In this document: positions 23,281-31,658 of the stretch, piece after piece | How the letters are laid out: the number at the start of each line of letters is the position of its first letter | Numbering within the stretch: position 1 is the stretch's first letter | NCBI GenBank assembly: GCA_030167145.1 | Contig: CP126532.1 | Location: forward strand, 3,720,001 to 3,752,000 | Direction: 5' to 3' | DNA: 32,000 bases | Source of the DNA: Ktedonobacterales bacterium | Lineage (GTDB): Bacteria > Chloroflexota > Ktedonobacteria > Ktedonobacterales > JADMIN01 | Position numbers and translations under genes: made by a program | The notes under the pieces: generated by a model | What the model saw: the letters and a program-made list of their open reading frames with translations, nothing else | What the model was told of the DNA's origin: nothing | The model's database searches: none

Positions 23281-24780
23281 TCAGCTTTCGACGGCTTTGG
23301 CGCGGGCTTCGGCGTCGCGGGCGTCGTCTTCGCGGCCCATGGCGCGCAGGACCATGGCGGCGTTGGTCCAGGCGGGGACGTAGGTGGCGTCGAGGGTGAG
23401 GGCGTGCTGGCAGGCGGCCAGGGCGTCGCCGTAGCGTTGGAGCATGGCGAGCGCGCCGCCTTTGTTGCTCCATGCGGCGACGTAGGTGGGGTCGAGCGCG
23501 AGGGCATGATCGCAGGCTTCGATGGTCTCGGCATAGCGCTGGAGCTTGGCGAGCACGCTGGCTTTGCGGTTCCAGGCGAAGAGTTGCGTGGGGTCGAGGG
23601 CGAGCGCGCGGTCGCAGGCGATCAGCGATTCGTCGTAGCGTTGCAGGCGGAAGAGGGCGTTGGCTTTGCTGGTCCAGGCGGGGGCGAAGCTGGGACTGAG
23701 CGCGATGGCGTAATCGAAAGCGGCGAGCGCTTCGGCGTGGCGGTCGAGTTTGGCGAGCACCAGCCCTTTGTTGCGCCAGTAGTCGGCTGATTTCGGCTCG
23801 CGGGCCAAGGCGGCTTCATACGCCGCCAGGGCTTCGATGTAGCGTTGCAGGGCGGCGAGCGCGACGCCTTTGGTATTCCAGGCGAAGGCGGAATTGGGAT
23901 CAAGGATGAGCGCGTGGTCGCAGGCTTCGAGCGCGGCGGCGTATTCGCCCGCACTGACCAGGGAGTTGCCCTTGCTGGCCCAGGCCATCGCGTACTTGGG
24001 GTCGAGGGTGAGGGCGTGGTCGAAGGCGTCGAGCGCTTCGTTGAGGCGCTGCGCCTGTTGGTACGCATGGCCCAGATGGAACCATGCCTGTGCAGAGTCT
24101 GGGTCAAGGTCGGCGGCGCGCTGAAAGAACTCCATCGCCTCGTCGTGCCGCCCCTGGGTTTCCGCCGCGACGCCACGCGCCAGCAAGCCTTTGGTGCTTT
24201 CGTCGTGCTCATCCCATTCGACGAGGCTGCCGGGCACGCTGGCCGCCTCTGGCGGCTGCGGAGGCTGCGGGACGCTGGCGGGGTTCACGGGAGCCAACGC
24301 GAGCGCGCGCAAGGTGCGGTGGATGGCCTCGGCGGGGGGATAGTGCTGGATGCTCAAGCTTTCGCGGGGGAGGAAGTCTTGCAGGAACATCCAGAGCGCG
24401 CCGTGGTCTACGGGCTGGGCCAGGACGGGCAGGAAGATGCGATTAGTATCGTGGCGCTGGTAGGCCGAAGCCCAGCTACACTCGGCGTAGACGCGCCCCG
24501 AACGCAGGGCCATCGGCGAGAGGATGACGATGAAGATGGGCCGCGCGCGCACTTCGACCTCAATCGCGGTCATGAGTTGGCCCAGGTCCAGGTTGCGTTC
24601 GTTATACCAGACATCGGCCCCAGCGCCGCGCAACGCCCGTACCATCTCGTGGCAGAAGGGGTCGTCTTCGTGGCTGTGACTGATGAATATACGCGCTGGG
24701 CTTCTGGGGGCCAGTTCCCTACCAGTTGAGACAGGAATCGTCATATCGCGAGCGGCGCCTCCGCCGAATGCCATCCACAT
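23281..24780 (-). CDS. TIR-domain protein with a C-terminal array of about 9 TPR repeats
   Basis: TIR hallmarks: RIFISHSHEDDPF, GADVWYNERNLDLGQ, IFIVILSPMALRSGRVYAEC (Ser-x5-Glu at the position of the catalytic Glu in NADase TIRs). The TPRs are very regular 34-aa units (AWxxKGxxLxxLQRYxEALxAxDxALxLDP). The start is ambiguous: ATG 24780, or ATG 24744 with GGAGG 13 nt upstream. Confidence 0.8.
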   Translation of the reverse strand: MWMAFGGGAARDMTIPVSTGRELAPRSPARIFISHSHEDDPFCHEMVRALRGAGADVWYNERNLDLGQLMTAIEVEVRARPIFIVILSPMALRSGRVYAECSWASAYQRHDTNRIFLPVLAQPVDHGALWMFLQDFLPRESLSIQHYPPAEAIHRTLRALALAPVNPASVPQPPQPPEAASVPGSLVEWDEHDESTKGLLARGVAAETQGRHDEAMEFFQRAADLDPDSAQAWFHLGHAYQQAQRLNEALDAFDHALTLDPKYAMAWASKGNSLVSAGEYAAALEACDHALILDPNSAFAWNTKGVALAALQRYIEALAAYEAALAREPKSADYWRNKGLVLAKLDRHAEALAAFDYAIALSPSFAPAWTSKANALFRLQRYDESLIACDRALALDPTQLFAWNRKASVLAKLQRYAETIEACDHALALDPTYVAAWSNKGGALAMLQRYGDALAACQHALTLDATYVPAWTNAAMVLRAMGREDDARDAEARAKAVES

Positions 24781-24903
24781 CAGGTCGTGCCATGCGATGA
24801 TACACCCAAATGTCCAGGCGGCGCACCTTTTCGGGCAGAATGGGGGACATGAGAGCGCCCAGCTTTCGCCACTAGCAGAGCAGAGGCTTCTCTGTGCGTT
24901 GCA

Positions 24904-26043
24904 TCATGCGAGCCGGTTTGTAGTGGTTGGATCGAAGAGATGGAGCTTGGCGCTCTCCACGGTGAGCATGATATGGTCGCCTGGTTGCACGCGCACATGG
25001 GGTGGCAGACGCACCGTAGAACCCTGCGTTTCGGCGGCGCCCAGCATCAGCGCGCCGGGTATCTGCATATGGACGAGTTGCTCGTTGCCCAGATGTTCCG
25101 CGACCTCGACTGTGCCGGGTACGGTGTTCTGGGCGTGGTCAGTGGCGGGGCGGAAATCTTCTGGCCGGATGCCCACGACGACCGGGCGGCCTTCGGTGGT
25201 CGCCTCGCTCGCGACACGCTCCGCGAGCGCGTCGCCGATGGCAATCTCGCGCGTTTGGCTGTCGGCGCCGACATCTACATGTATGCCTGCGGCGCTACGT
25301 ATCAGCCGCGCGTTGAAGAAATTCATCGCGGGGCTGCCGATGAAACCGGCGACGAAGAGATTGGCCGGGGTATCGTACAACTCCTGTGGGGTGCCCAACT
25401 GCTGGATGACGCCCGCGTTCAAGACGGCGATGCGGTCGCCCATGGTCATCGCCTCGACTTGATCGTGCGTGACGTAGACGAAGGTGGTGCCGGTGGTCTG
25501 GTGCAGGCGGGCAATCTCGGTGCGGGTCTGCACGCGCAGCTTGGCATCGAGATTGGAGAGCGGTTCATCTAGCAGAAATACCTGGGGGTCGCGGACCAGC
25601 GCGCGCCCCAGCGCCACGCGCTGGCGCTGGCCACCGGAGAGCGCCTTGGGCTTGCGGGCGAGATAGTCGGCGATGCCGAGCATTTCCGCCGCGCGCTCCA
25701 CTCGTTGCTGGATTTCAGACTTTTCCACGTGCCGCAGCTTGAGGCTGAAGGCCAGATTCTCATAGACGCTCATATGCGGATAGAGCGCGTAATTCTGGAA
25801 GACCATCGCGATGTCGCGGTCTTTGGGGGCGACATCGTTGATCCGACGATCGCCAATATAGAGGTCGCCTTCGGTGATGTCCTCCAGCCCGGCGATCATC
25901 CGCAGGGCGGTGGATTTGCCGCAGCCCGATGGGCCAACCAGCACCAGAAATTCATGATCGCTGATCAGAAGGTTCAGATCGTTAATCACGGGCGCATTGC
26001 CGCCATAGCGTTTTGTCACGTGGTCAAAGCGCACCTCTGCCAT
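24904..26043 (-). CDS. sugar ABC transporter ATP-binding protein (MalK/UgpC/MsmX type)
   Basis: Walker A GPSGCGKST, signature LSGGQRQRVALGRAL, Walker B FLLDEPLSNLD, and a C-terminal MalK-like regulatory domain. GGAGGTGA lies upstream of the ATG at 26043, so the GTG at 26052 falls inside the RBS. Confidence 0.92.
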   Translation of the reverse strand: MAEVRFDHVTKRYGGNAPVINDLNLLISDHEFLVLVGPSGCGKSTALRMIAGLEDITEGDLYIGDRRINDVAPKDRDIAMVFQNYALYPHMSVYENLAFSLKLRHVEKSEIQQRVERAAEMLGIADYLARKPKALSGGQRQRVALGRALVRDPQVFLLDEPLSNLDAKLRVQTRTEIARLHQTTGTTFVYVTHDQVEAMTMGDRIAVLNAGVIQQLGTPQELYDTPANLFVAGFIGSPAMNFFNARLIRSAAGIHVDVGADSQTREIAIGDALAERVASEATTEGRPVVVGIRPEDFRPATDHAQNTVPGTVEVAEHLGNEQLVHMQIPGALMLGAAETQGSTVRLPPHVRVQPGDHIMLTVESAKLHLFDPTTTNRLA

Positions 26044-26093
26044 ATGGATCACCTCCCACTACGCAGTCTGTGGACGTCACCCGCTCACGCGGA

Positions 26094-27047
26094 TCAGCCT
26101 TTGACGGAACCGGCCAGGATGCCGCGAACGAAGTAGCGTTGCAGGCTGAAGAAGACCAGCAGCGGCAAGGCCATCGAGATGAACGCGGCTGCTGTGAGTA
26201 CCTCATAGTTCGAGCCAAACGAGTTGACGAGATTGGCGATGGTCACGGGCATCGGTGCGCGCTCTGGACTGCCACCTAAAAAGATGAGCGCCACCAGCAG
26301 ATCGTTCCAGACCCACATGAACTGGAAAATGATCAGCGAGGCGAGGGCGGGCACGGCCAGCGGCAGCAGGATTCTGGAGAAGATGCGCAGATGCGAGGCA
26401 CCGTCTATCGTTGCCGACTCGAAGAGGTCCGATGGCAGCGCGCCGAAGAAGCTGCGCAGCAGGTAGATGGCGAACGGCAGGCCAAAGGCGGTGTGCGCCA
26501 GCCAGATGGCCAGAAAGCTGCCGGTGATGCCGGCGGCGGTGAAGATCCCCAAGATGGGGATGAGCGTCATTTGGATGGGTACGACGAGCAAGGCGACGAT
26601 GGTGAGGAAGATCCAATCGCGTCCAGGGAACTTCATCCAGGCGAAGGCATAGGCGGCGAAGGCGGCGACGAAGACGGGGATGATCGTTCCGGGGATGGAG
26701 ATGATCAGGCTATTGATGAAGGCCTGCCCCATATCTTGCGCGCGCAGCACCTGCTGGTAGTTCTCGATGGTGAAGTTCCAGGGCGGCACCAGACCGTTCC
26801 ACCAGCCGCTGCTCTGCGTGGCGGAGGCTGGGCGGAATGATGCGACGAAGAGGCCGAAAGTGGGCACGGACCAGATCAGGGCGATGAGCACGACGATGAA
26901 GGTGAGGATGCCGTTATTGGTCCAGCGCACCACCCGCTGGCCCGGCGAGGTGGGCGGCGGCGCCTTTGCCCATGCCGCAGGTTCGTTGGAGCCGGCCACA
27001 TCGAGAGGAAGGCCGGATGAATCTTCGGGGTTGACGATGGTGCTCAT
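26094..27047 (-). CDS. carbohydrate ABC transporter permease (MalG/UgpE-like)
   Basis: Six TM helices with an EAA loop (ESATIDGASHLRIFSRILLPLAVPAL). The ATG overlaps the upstream permease stop (ATGA). Confidence 0.9.
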   Translation of the reverse strand: MSTIVNPEDSSGLPLDVAGSNEPAAWAKAPPPTSPGQRVVRWTNNGILTFIVVLIALIWSVPTFGLFVASFRPASATQSSGWWNGLVPPWNFTIENYQQVLRAQDMGQAFINSLIISIPGTIIPVFVAAFAAYAFAWMKFPGRDWIFLTIVALLVVPIQMTLIPILGIFTAAGITGSFLAIWLAHTAFGLPFAIYLLRSFFGALPSDLFESATIDGASHLRIFSRILLPLAVPALASLIIFQFMWVWNDLLVALIFLGGSPERAPMPVTIANLVNSFGSNYEVLTAAAFISMALPLLVFFSLQRYFVRGILAGSVKG

Positions 27048-27970
27048 CGCTGGGCCTCCTGTTGCCGGAACCGGCGGATGTTGTAGAGCATGATCGGAAT
27101 GATGGCGATCAGCAGCAGCACGGCGAGGGCGCTGGAAAGCCCGAAGTTGCCGAAGTTGAACTGCTGCTGGTAGTACTCAACGGCGACGACATTCGTGCGG
27201 AAGTTGCCGCCGGTCATGACGTAGACGATGTCGAAGATTTTCAAGAGATTGATAATCATCGTCGTCGCCACGACGGCAATCGTAGGGGCAATCATGGGGA
27301 CGATGATGCGAAAGAAGATGCGTACTTCGCTGGCGCCATCCACACGCGCTGCCTCTAGAATCTCGGCGGGGACGCCCTTGAGCGCCGCTGAGAGAATCAC
27401 CATGCAGAATCCCGTCCACATCCACACGTAGACGGTGATGAGGGCGAAATTGTTGATGGTTGGATTGATGAGCCAGGCTTGCGGCTGCACGCCGAAATTG
27501 GTGACGAAGGCGTTGAGTAGCCCGGTCTGCGCTTGGCCCGGTGGCGCGTACTGATAGACGAAGCGCCAGATGACGCCCGCGCCAACGAAGGAAATGGCCA
27601 TGGGAATGAAGATGGCGGACTTCGCGATGCTCTCGATGCGTACCCGATCCACCAGAACGGCGATCACCAATCCCAGGAAGACCGTCGCCACTGTGCCGAC
27701 GACCAGCCAGAGCAGGTTGTTGCGCAAGACCAGCAGCATGCGTGGGTCGGTGAAAATACGGCGGTAGTTCGTCAGCCCGGCGAACGCCGAGGAATCGAAG
27801 TTCAAGAGGCTGAGCCAGATGGTGTTGATGACAGGGTAGAGCAGGAAGATGGCGACGAATAGGATGGCCGGGGCGATCCAGAGCCAGGGCACGAGCGCGC
27901 CGCCTCGCCGTGCCCAGCGTTCCCCGGAACTCTTCGGTCTATTCGCTCGCGTATATAGGGTCGTTGCCAT
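27044..27970 (-). CDS. carbohydrate ABC transporter permease (MalF/UgpA-like)
   Basis: Six TM helices with an EAA loop (EAARVDGASEVRIFFRIIVPMIAP). Position in the operon fits. Confidence 0.9.
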   Translation of the reverse strand: MATTLYTRANRPKSSGERWARRGGALVPWLWIAPAILFVAIFLLYPVINTIWLSLLNFDSSAFAGLTNYRRIFTDPRMLLVLRNNLLWLVVGTVATVFLGLVIAVLVDRVRIESIAKSAIFIPMAISFVGAGVIWRFVYQYAPPGQAQTGLLNAFVTNFGVQPQAWLINPTINNFALITVYVWMWTGFCMVILSAALKGVPAEILEAARVDGASEVRIFFRIIVPMIAPTIAVVATTMIINLLKIFDIVYVMTGGNFRTNVVAVEYYQQQFNFGNFGLSSALAVLLLIAIIPIMLYNIRRFRQQEAQR

Positions 27971-28099
27971 AGATCTATCCCCTCGTGGTTCGGTTCCTAG
28001 TTGTCGCGGATGAGCGGCGGAGCGGCTTCATTGGGAGCCAGACGCGGAGAGCCAGACGCGCCGCCCATGCCGCTGGCAAGTCGCGCGGCGAATCGTTTG

Positions 28100-29497
28100 C
28101 TAGCTCTGATAGGATTGCTGCGCGACGCCTTCGATATCTTGCAGCACGCTATCGAGCTGGCTCTGGTCGCCGATGTAGGTCAGCATGCCTTTCCACCATT
28201 CCTGCTGAACCGCTGGTGGCATGATGTCGCCCGCGCCGAAGCGGAAGATGGGCGCGGCAACGAGCTGGCTGGCGGAGTCTTTGGCGACGACGTTGGGATA
28301 GGCGCTGAGATCCACGGATTTGTTGACCGAGGTGAAACCACCGCGCTTGACCCATATCGTCTGCGCGGCGGCGGTCTCCAGATAGGTCACCAGGTCGCGC
28401 ACGCCGTTGTTGTTCTTCATCGCCACGACAACATCCGCGCCACCCGTCACCGCGCCCTGATAGGTGGGCGTGATGGTCGGGAAGGCGAAGAAGTTGAAGC
28501 CTGTGCCTGGTTGCAGGCTGGGGAACTGTGTGGTGATGAAGCCTGCGGTGAAGTCGCCCAGGTAGTACATGTATGCCTCAGGTGGGGTCTTGAATGGCGG
28601 GTAACTGGCGTCCTGGAAGCCGGTGGCCAGTATGGCTTGGGGCGCGCCGTTGATGTAGTGGTTGCCGCCGGCGATGCGGCCAAAGGTCTGGAACGCGGTC
28701 TTGATGCTCGCGTCGGTCCACGGGATCTTGTGAGCGACCCATTGATCGTACATATTGGGGCCGGACTGGTTGAGATAGATCTGGGCCACCCAGTCGCTGG
28801 CGGGCCAGCCGCTCGCCGCCGCGCTGGACACGCCCATGGACCACGGATATTTGCCGCTGCCCGCGATCTGGTCTGAGAGCGCGGTGAGTTGGTCCCAGGT
28901 TTGTGGAACCTGATAGCCGTTACTCTGGAATTGGGTGGGGCTGTACCAGATGGTGGCCTTATTGGCGGCTTTGTAGAAGATGGCGTAGAGCTTGCCGTTG
29001 TAGGTGCCCAGGTCAATCCAGGGTGTGGCATAGTCGGCGCGCACCTTGTTCATATCGAGGAAGGTGTCCAGCGCGATCAGCTTGTTCTGGCTGGCGAGTT
29101 GCTGCATCTTGCCGGGATTGGGCAGAATGGCGAGGTCTGGTGGATTATTGCCACGGATGCGGGTGGTGAGGACGGCATCGAGGTCGCGGGTGGCTTCGAT
29201 GTTCACCGTGATGCCAGATGCTTGCGTAAACGGCGCGACGACTGCTTTGAACGAGTCTTGCTCTTCGCCACCCCAGGTGGTGAGTAGATTGACCGAGGTG
29301 ACCTTGGCGGCGCTGGTGGTTCCGCCGCAGGCGGCGAGCAAGGTGGAGGCGGCGCTGACGGTCAGACCGAGGGCGAAGGCGCGCTGAAAGAACTGGCGTC
29401 TGCTGAGGCCGCGCTGCGTATATTCCTCTACGAGCTGATCTACGGTGTCGTTCTCGCGGCGATCGAGGTCTGCTGGCGGGCGATCATAGCTGGGCAT
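28100..29497 (-). CDS. extracellular sugar-binding lipoprotein (CUT1 family) with a Tat-type signal peptide
   Basis: Twin-arginine motif plus lipobox: LSRRQFFQRAFALGLTVSAASTLLAACGG. SBP_bac_1-like body. GGAGG sits 6 nt upstream of the ATG at 29497. Confidence 0.9.
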   Translation of the reverse strand: MPSYDRPPADLDRRENDTVDQLVEEYTQRGLSRRQFFQRAFALGLTVSAASTLLAACGGTTSAAKVTSVNLLTTWGGEEQDSFKAVVAPFTQASGITVNIEATRDLDAVLTTRIRGNNPPDLAILPNPGKMQQLASQNKLIALDTFLDMNKVRADYATPWIDLGTYNGKLYAIFYKAANKATIWYSPTQFQSNGYQVPQTWDQLTALSDQIAGSGKYPWSMGVSSAAASGWPASDWVAQIYLNQSGPNMYDQWVAHKIPWTDASIKTAFQTFGRIAGGNHYINGAPQAILATGFQDASYPPFKTPPEAYMYYLGDFTAGFITTQFPSLQPGTGFNFFAFPTITPTYQGAVTGGADVVVAMKNNNGVRDLVTYLETAAAQTIWVKRGGFTSVNKSVDLSAYPNVVAKDSASQLVAAPIFRFGAGDIMPPAVQQEWWKGMLTYIGDQSQLDSVLQDIEGVAQQSYQS

Positions 29498-29897
29498 GCG
29501 GTTCCTCCATTCGCATCACGTACACATGGCCTGGTATTGGGCCGGCGGGAACGGGGAACAGATTGCGGGAGCGCGCAGGCGCGGCGGCTGATCGTCGTGG
29601 CGGTTCGCAGAGCGCCGCTGCTTAAGAGCAAGCCCGCGCTTAAGTTCGTCGTTTGTCCGCTAGTACGAGACTGCTTGCAAATCCTATGCCTCGGTTGCCG
29701 CAATGTGTCTTTGACGGTCCGTGACAGCCCTTGATGGTCATTCCTATGGAACCGCGATCCCTGCATCACAGACGAGCATATGCGGTACGCATGTATGGTG
29801 CTATCCAGAGGGAATACGTACGCTGAGTGAAGACGGCCACGCTCCACAGCAGGACCGTGCCGTGGGGCGTGGTAGTTGGCGCGCGTTGGCGCAGGCG

Positions 29898-31589
29898 CTA
29901 GAGGTAGCCCAGGTTTTCGAGGCGTTCTTTGATGCTGGCCTCTTCTTCTTCGGTGACGGCGTATTCATCGGCGTTGAAGGCGCTGGGGCCGCCAGCGGCG
30001 ACGGTGACCAGGTCGGCTTCGGACGCATAGACGCCGGGCTGCACCGCGCCTTCCATCCAGTCTGGCGCGGCGAGGCCCAGCCCGCGCAACGCGGTGGGGG
30101 CCATGTTCAGCAGCAGCGCGTTGTCTACCTCTGCGCCAGCGTTGATGCCGGGGCCAGCGGCGATCATGATGCCATAGTCGTCGTGCCAGCCGCTGAGCGG
30201 TCCGCGCACGTCGTCTTTGGTGAGCTTGGTGAAGAAGGGCGGCTCCGGGTTGATGCCGACGCGATACATCGGGTGCAGGCGCATGATGATGTCGGGCACT
30301 TGCTCCATGTATGTGCCGGGGAAGATCTCTTCGCGGCGGTAGACGCCGAGCATGAGCGGTTCGTTGGTGTCGGGTGTGCGGAGTTCGCGGAGACCGGCGA
30401 TGATCTTGTCGCGCAGTGCTTCGTATTCCTGGCCTGGCTGCACGATGCCCTGCGGCTGGCGTCCGGCGAGGTTGATCACGACGCCCTCGGCCTGGGTGAC
30501 GATCTGGAAGCGGTATGCGCGGGTCTTTTCGGGGTCGAACTTGGTGCCGCTGTCGGCGACCTCGTAGACGCGATCCATCACGCCGCCGAGACCGGCTTTC
30601 TTCACGACGGCGGCGGGCACTTTCAGCGCGGGTGAGATTCTGCGGAACCACGCCTGTTCTTTCATCTCGCGCACGGGGAAACGCTTGAGGCGCTTGATGG
30701 CGGCACGAGTGAGGCCGTAGCCCGCCTTGGCAGCGCCGCCGCTGACCGGCACAAAGTAGCCCTGCTCAGCCAGCCAGGCGTTGAGGTGGAAGGCGTTGGG
30801 GGCGGAGACGGTGCCGCCGTGGTCTGAGACCACGAGCACGGTCGTCTCTGGGCCAGCGTACTTCAGCAGGCGGGTGAGCGCTTCGTCCAGCGCGATGTAC
30901 ATGCGGTCAATATAGTCGCCGTAGCGCGCGGCGTCGGCTTTGGTGTAGGCGGGGCTGCGGTCGTCGGAGTAGCGCATGAAGTAGTGATGCGCCCAGTCGG
31001 ACTCCATGAAGACGGTCATGAAGAGGTCTGGCTGCTCGTTGGTGAGCACTTCTTCGCAGATCTCGGTCTGGCGGGCGATATGATGCTTTGACCAATCGAG
31101 CCGCTTCACGGGGTCGAGGGTCCAGGTGACGCCGGTGAGGTTGCCCCAACGCGCGGCACGGTCGCGCGGGAAGGCGCAGGCGGACGAGCCAGCGGGCGCG
31201 GGATAGCCGGAGAACATGACGCCGTTGACCGGCCACGCGGGGAAGGTCATCGGAACGTGAATCGAGGCGACTTTCATGCCTGCCTTGCCGGCGATGTCGA
31301 AGATGGTTTTGCCCTGGCGCGCATCTGAGAGGGTGGGCGAGCCACGACGGCTGTACTTGGTGAGTTCCAGTTCGTAGAAGTTGAACGCGCCGTGGTTGCC
31401 GGGGGTCATGCCGGTGAAGCAGGTGGGCCACGCCGCTGAGGTATGGGGCGGATAGATGGACTCCAGCGGGGCGCTGGCGCCGCGCTGCATCAGCGCGGCG
31501 AGGGCGGGGGCGCGGCCTTGCTCGGCAAGGGGGCGCAGGAAACGGAAGGTGGCCCCATCGAGGCCCAGAATCATTACACGTGGTGGCAT
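29898..31589 (-). CDS. alkaline-phosphatase-superfamily enzyme (type I phosphodiesterase/nucleotide pyrophosphatase-like)
   Basis: N-terminal MILGLDGATFRFL, PPHTSAAWPTCFTGMTPGNHG and VLVVSDHGG, which are typical metal-ligand and nucleophile blocks of the AP superfamily. GGAGGAG RBS. Confidence 0.65.
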   Translation of the reverse strand: MPPRVMILGLDGATFRFLRPLAEQGRAPALAALMQRGASAPLESIYPPHTSAAWPTCFTGMTPGNHGAFNFYELELTKYSRRGSPTLSDARQGKTIFDIAGKAGMKVASIHVPMTFPAWPVNGVMFSGYPAPAGSSACAFPRDRAARWGNLTGVTWTLDPVKRLDWSKHHIARQTEICEEVLTNEQPDLFMTVFMESDWAHHYFMRYSDDRSPAYTKADAARYGDYIDRMYIALDEALTRLLKYAGPETTVLVVSDHGGTVSAPNAFHLNAWLAEQGYFVPVSGGAAKAGYGLTRAAIKRLKRFPVREMKEQAWFRRISPALKVPAAVVKKAGLGGVMDRVYEVADSGTKFDPEKTRAYRFQIVTQAEGVVINLAGRQPQGIVQPGQEYEALRDKIIAGLRELRTPDTNEPLMLGVYRREEIFPGTYMEQVPDIIMRLHPMYRVGINPEPPFFTKLTKDDVRGPLSGWHDDYGIMIAAGPGINAGAEVDNALLLNMAPTALRGLGLAAPDWMEGAVQPGVYASEADLVTVAAGGPSAFNADEYAVTEEEEASIKERLENLGYL

Positions 31590-31600
31590 AGCACGGTCTC

Positions 31601-31642
31601 CTCCACAAACACTCCAACAAACACTCCAACAAACACTCCACA
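31601..31642. repeat. 12-bp tandem repeat (ACAAACACTCCA, three full units plus partial flanks)
   Basis: Perfect units at 31605-31616, 31617-31628 and 31629-31640. On the minus (mRNA) strand this reads TGGAGTGTTTGT x3 and runs directly into the GGAGGAG RBS of the AP-superfamily gene. Confidence 0.9.
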
Positions 31643-31658
31643 GGTTCTTCTATGCGGC

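Noticed and set aside
23845-24729. 294-aa plus-strand ORF antisense to the TIR-TPR gene, and similar ORFs at 28001-28876 (+) and 29721-30635 (+)
   Set aside because: These are shadow ORFs opposite genes with clear family motifs, and their composition is G/R/V/A/D-rich.
29621-29644. Two CTTAAG palindromes 18 bp apart upstream of the sugar ABC operon as a possible operator
   Set aside because: Only 6-bp palindromes are present with no extended dyad symmetry. No regulator gene is adjacent, and I could not find a convincing promoter to anchor it.
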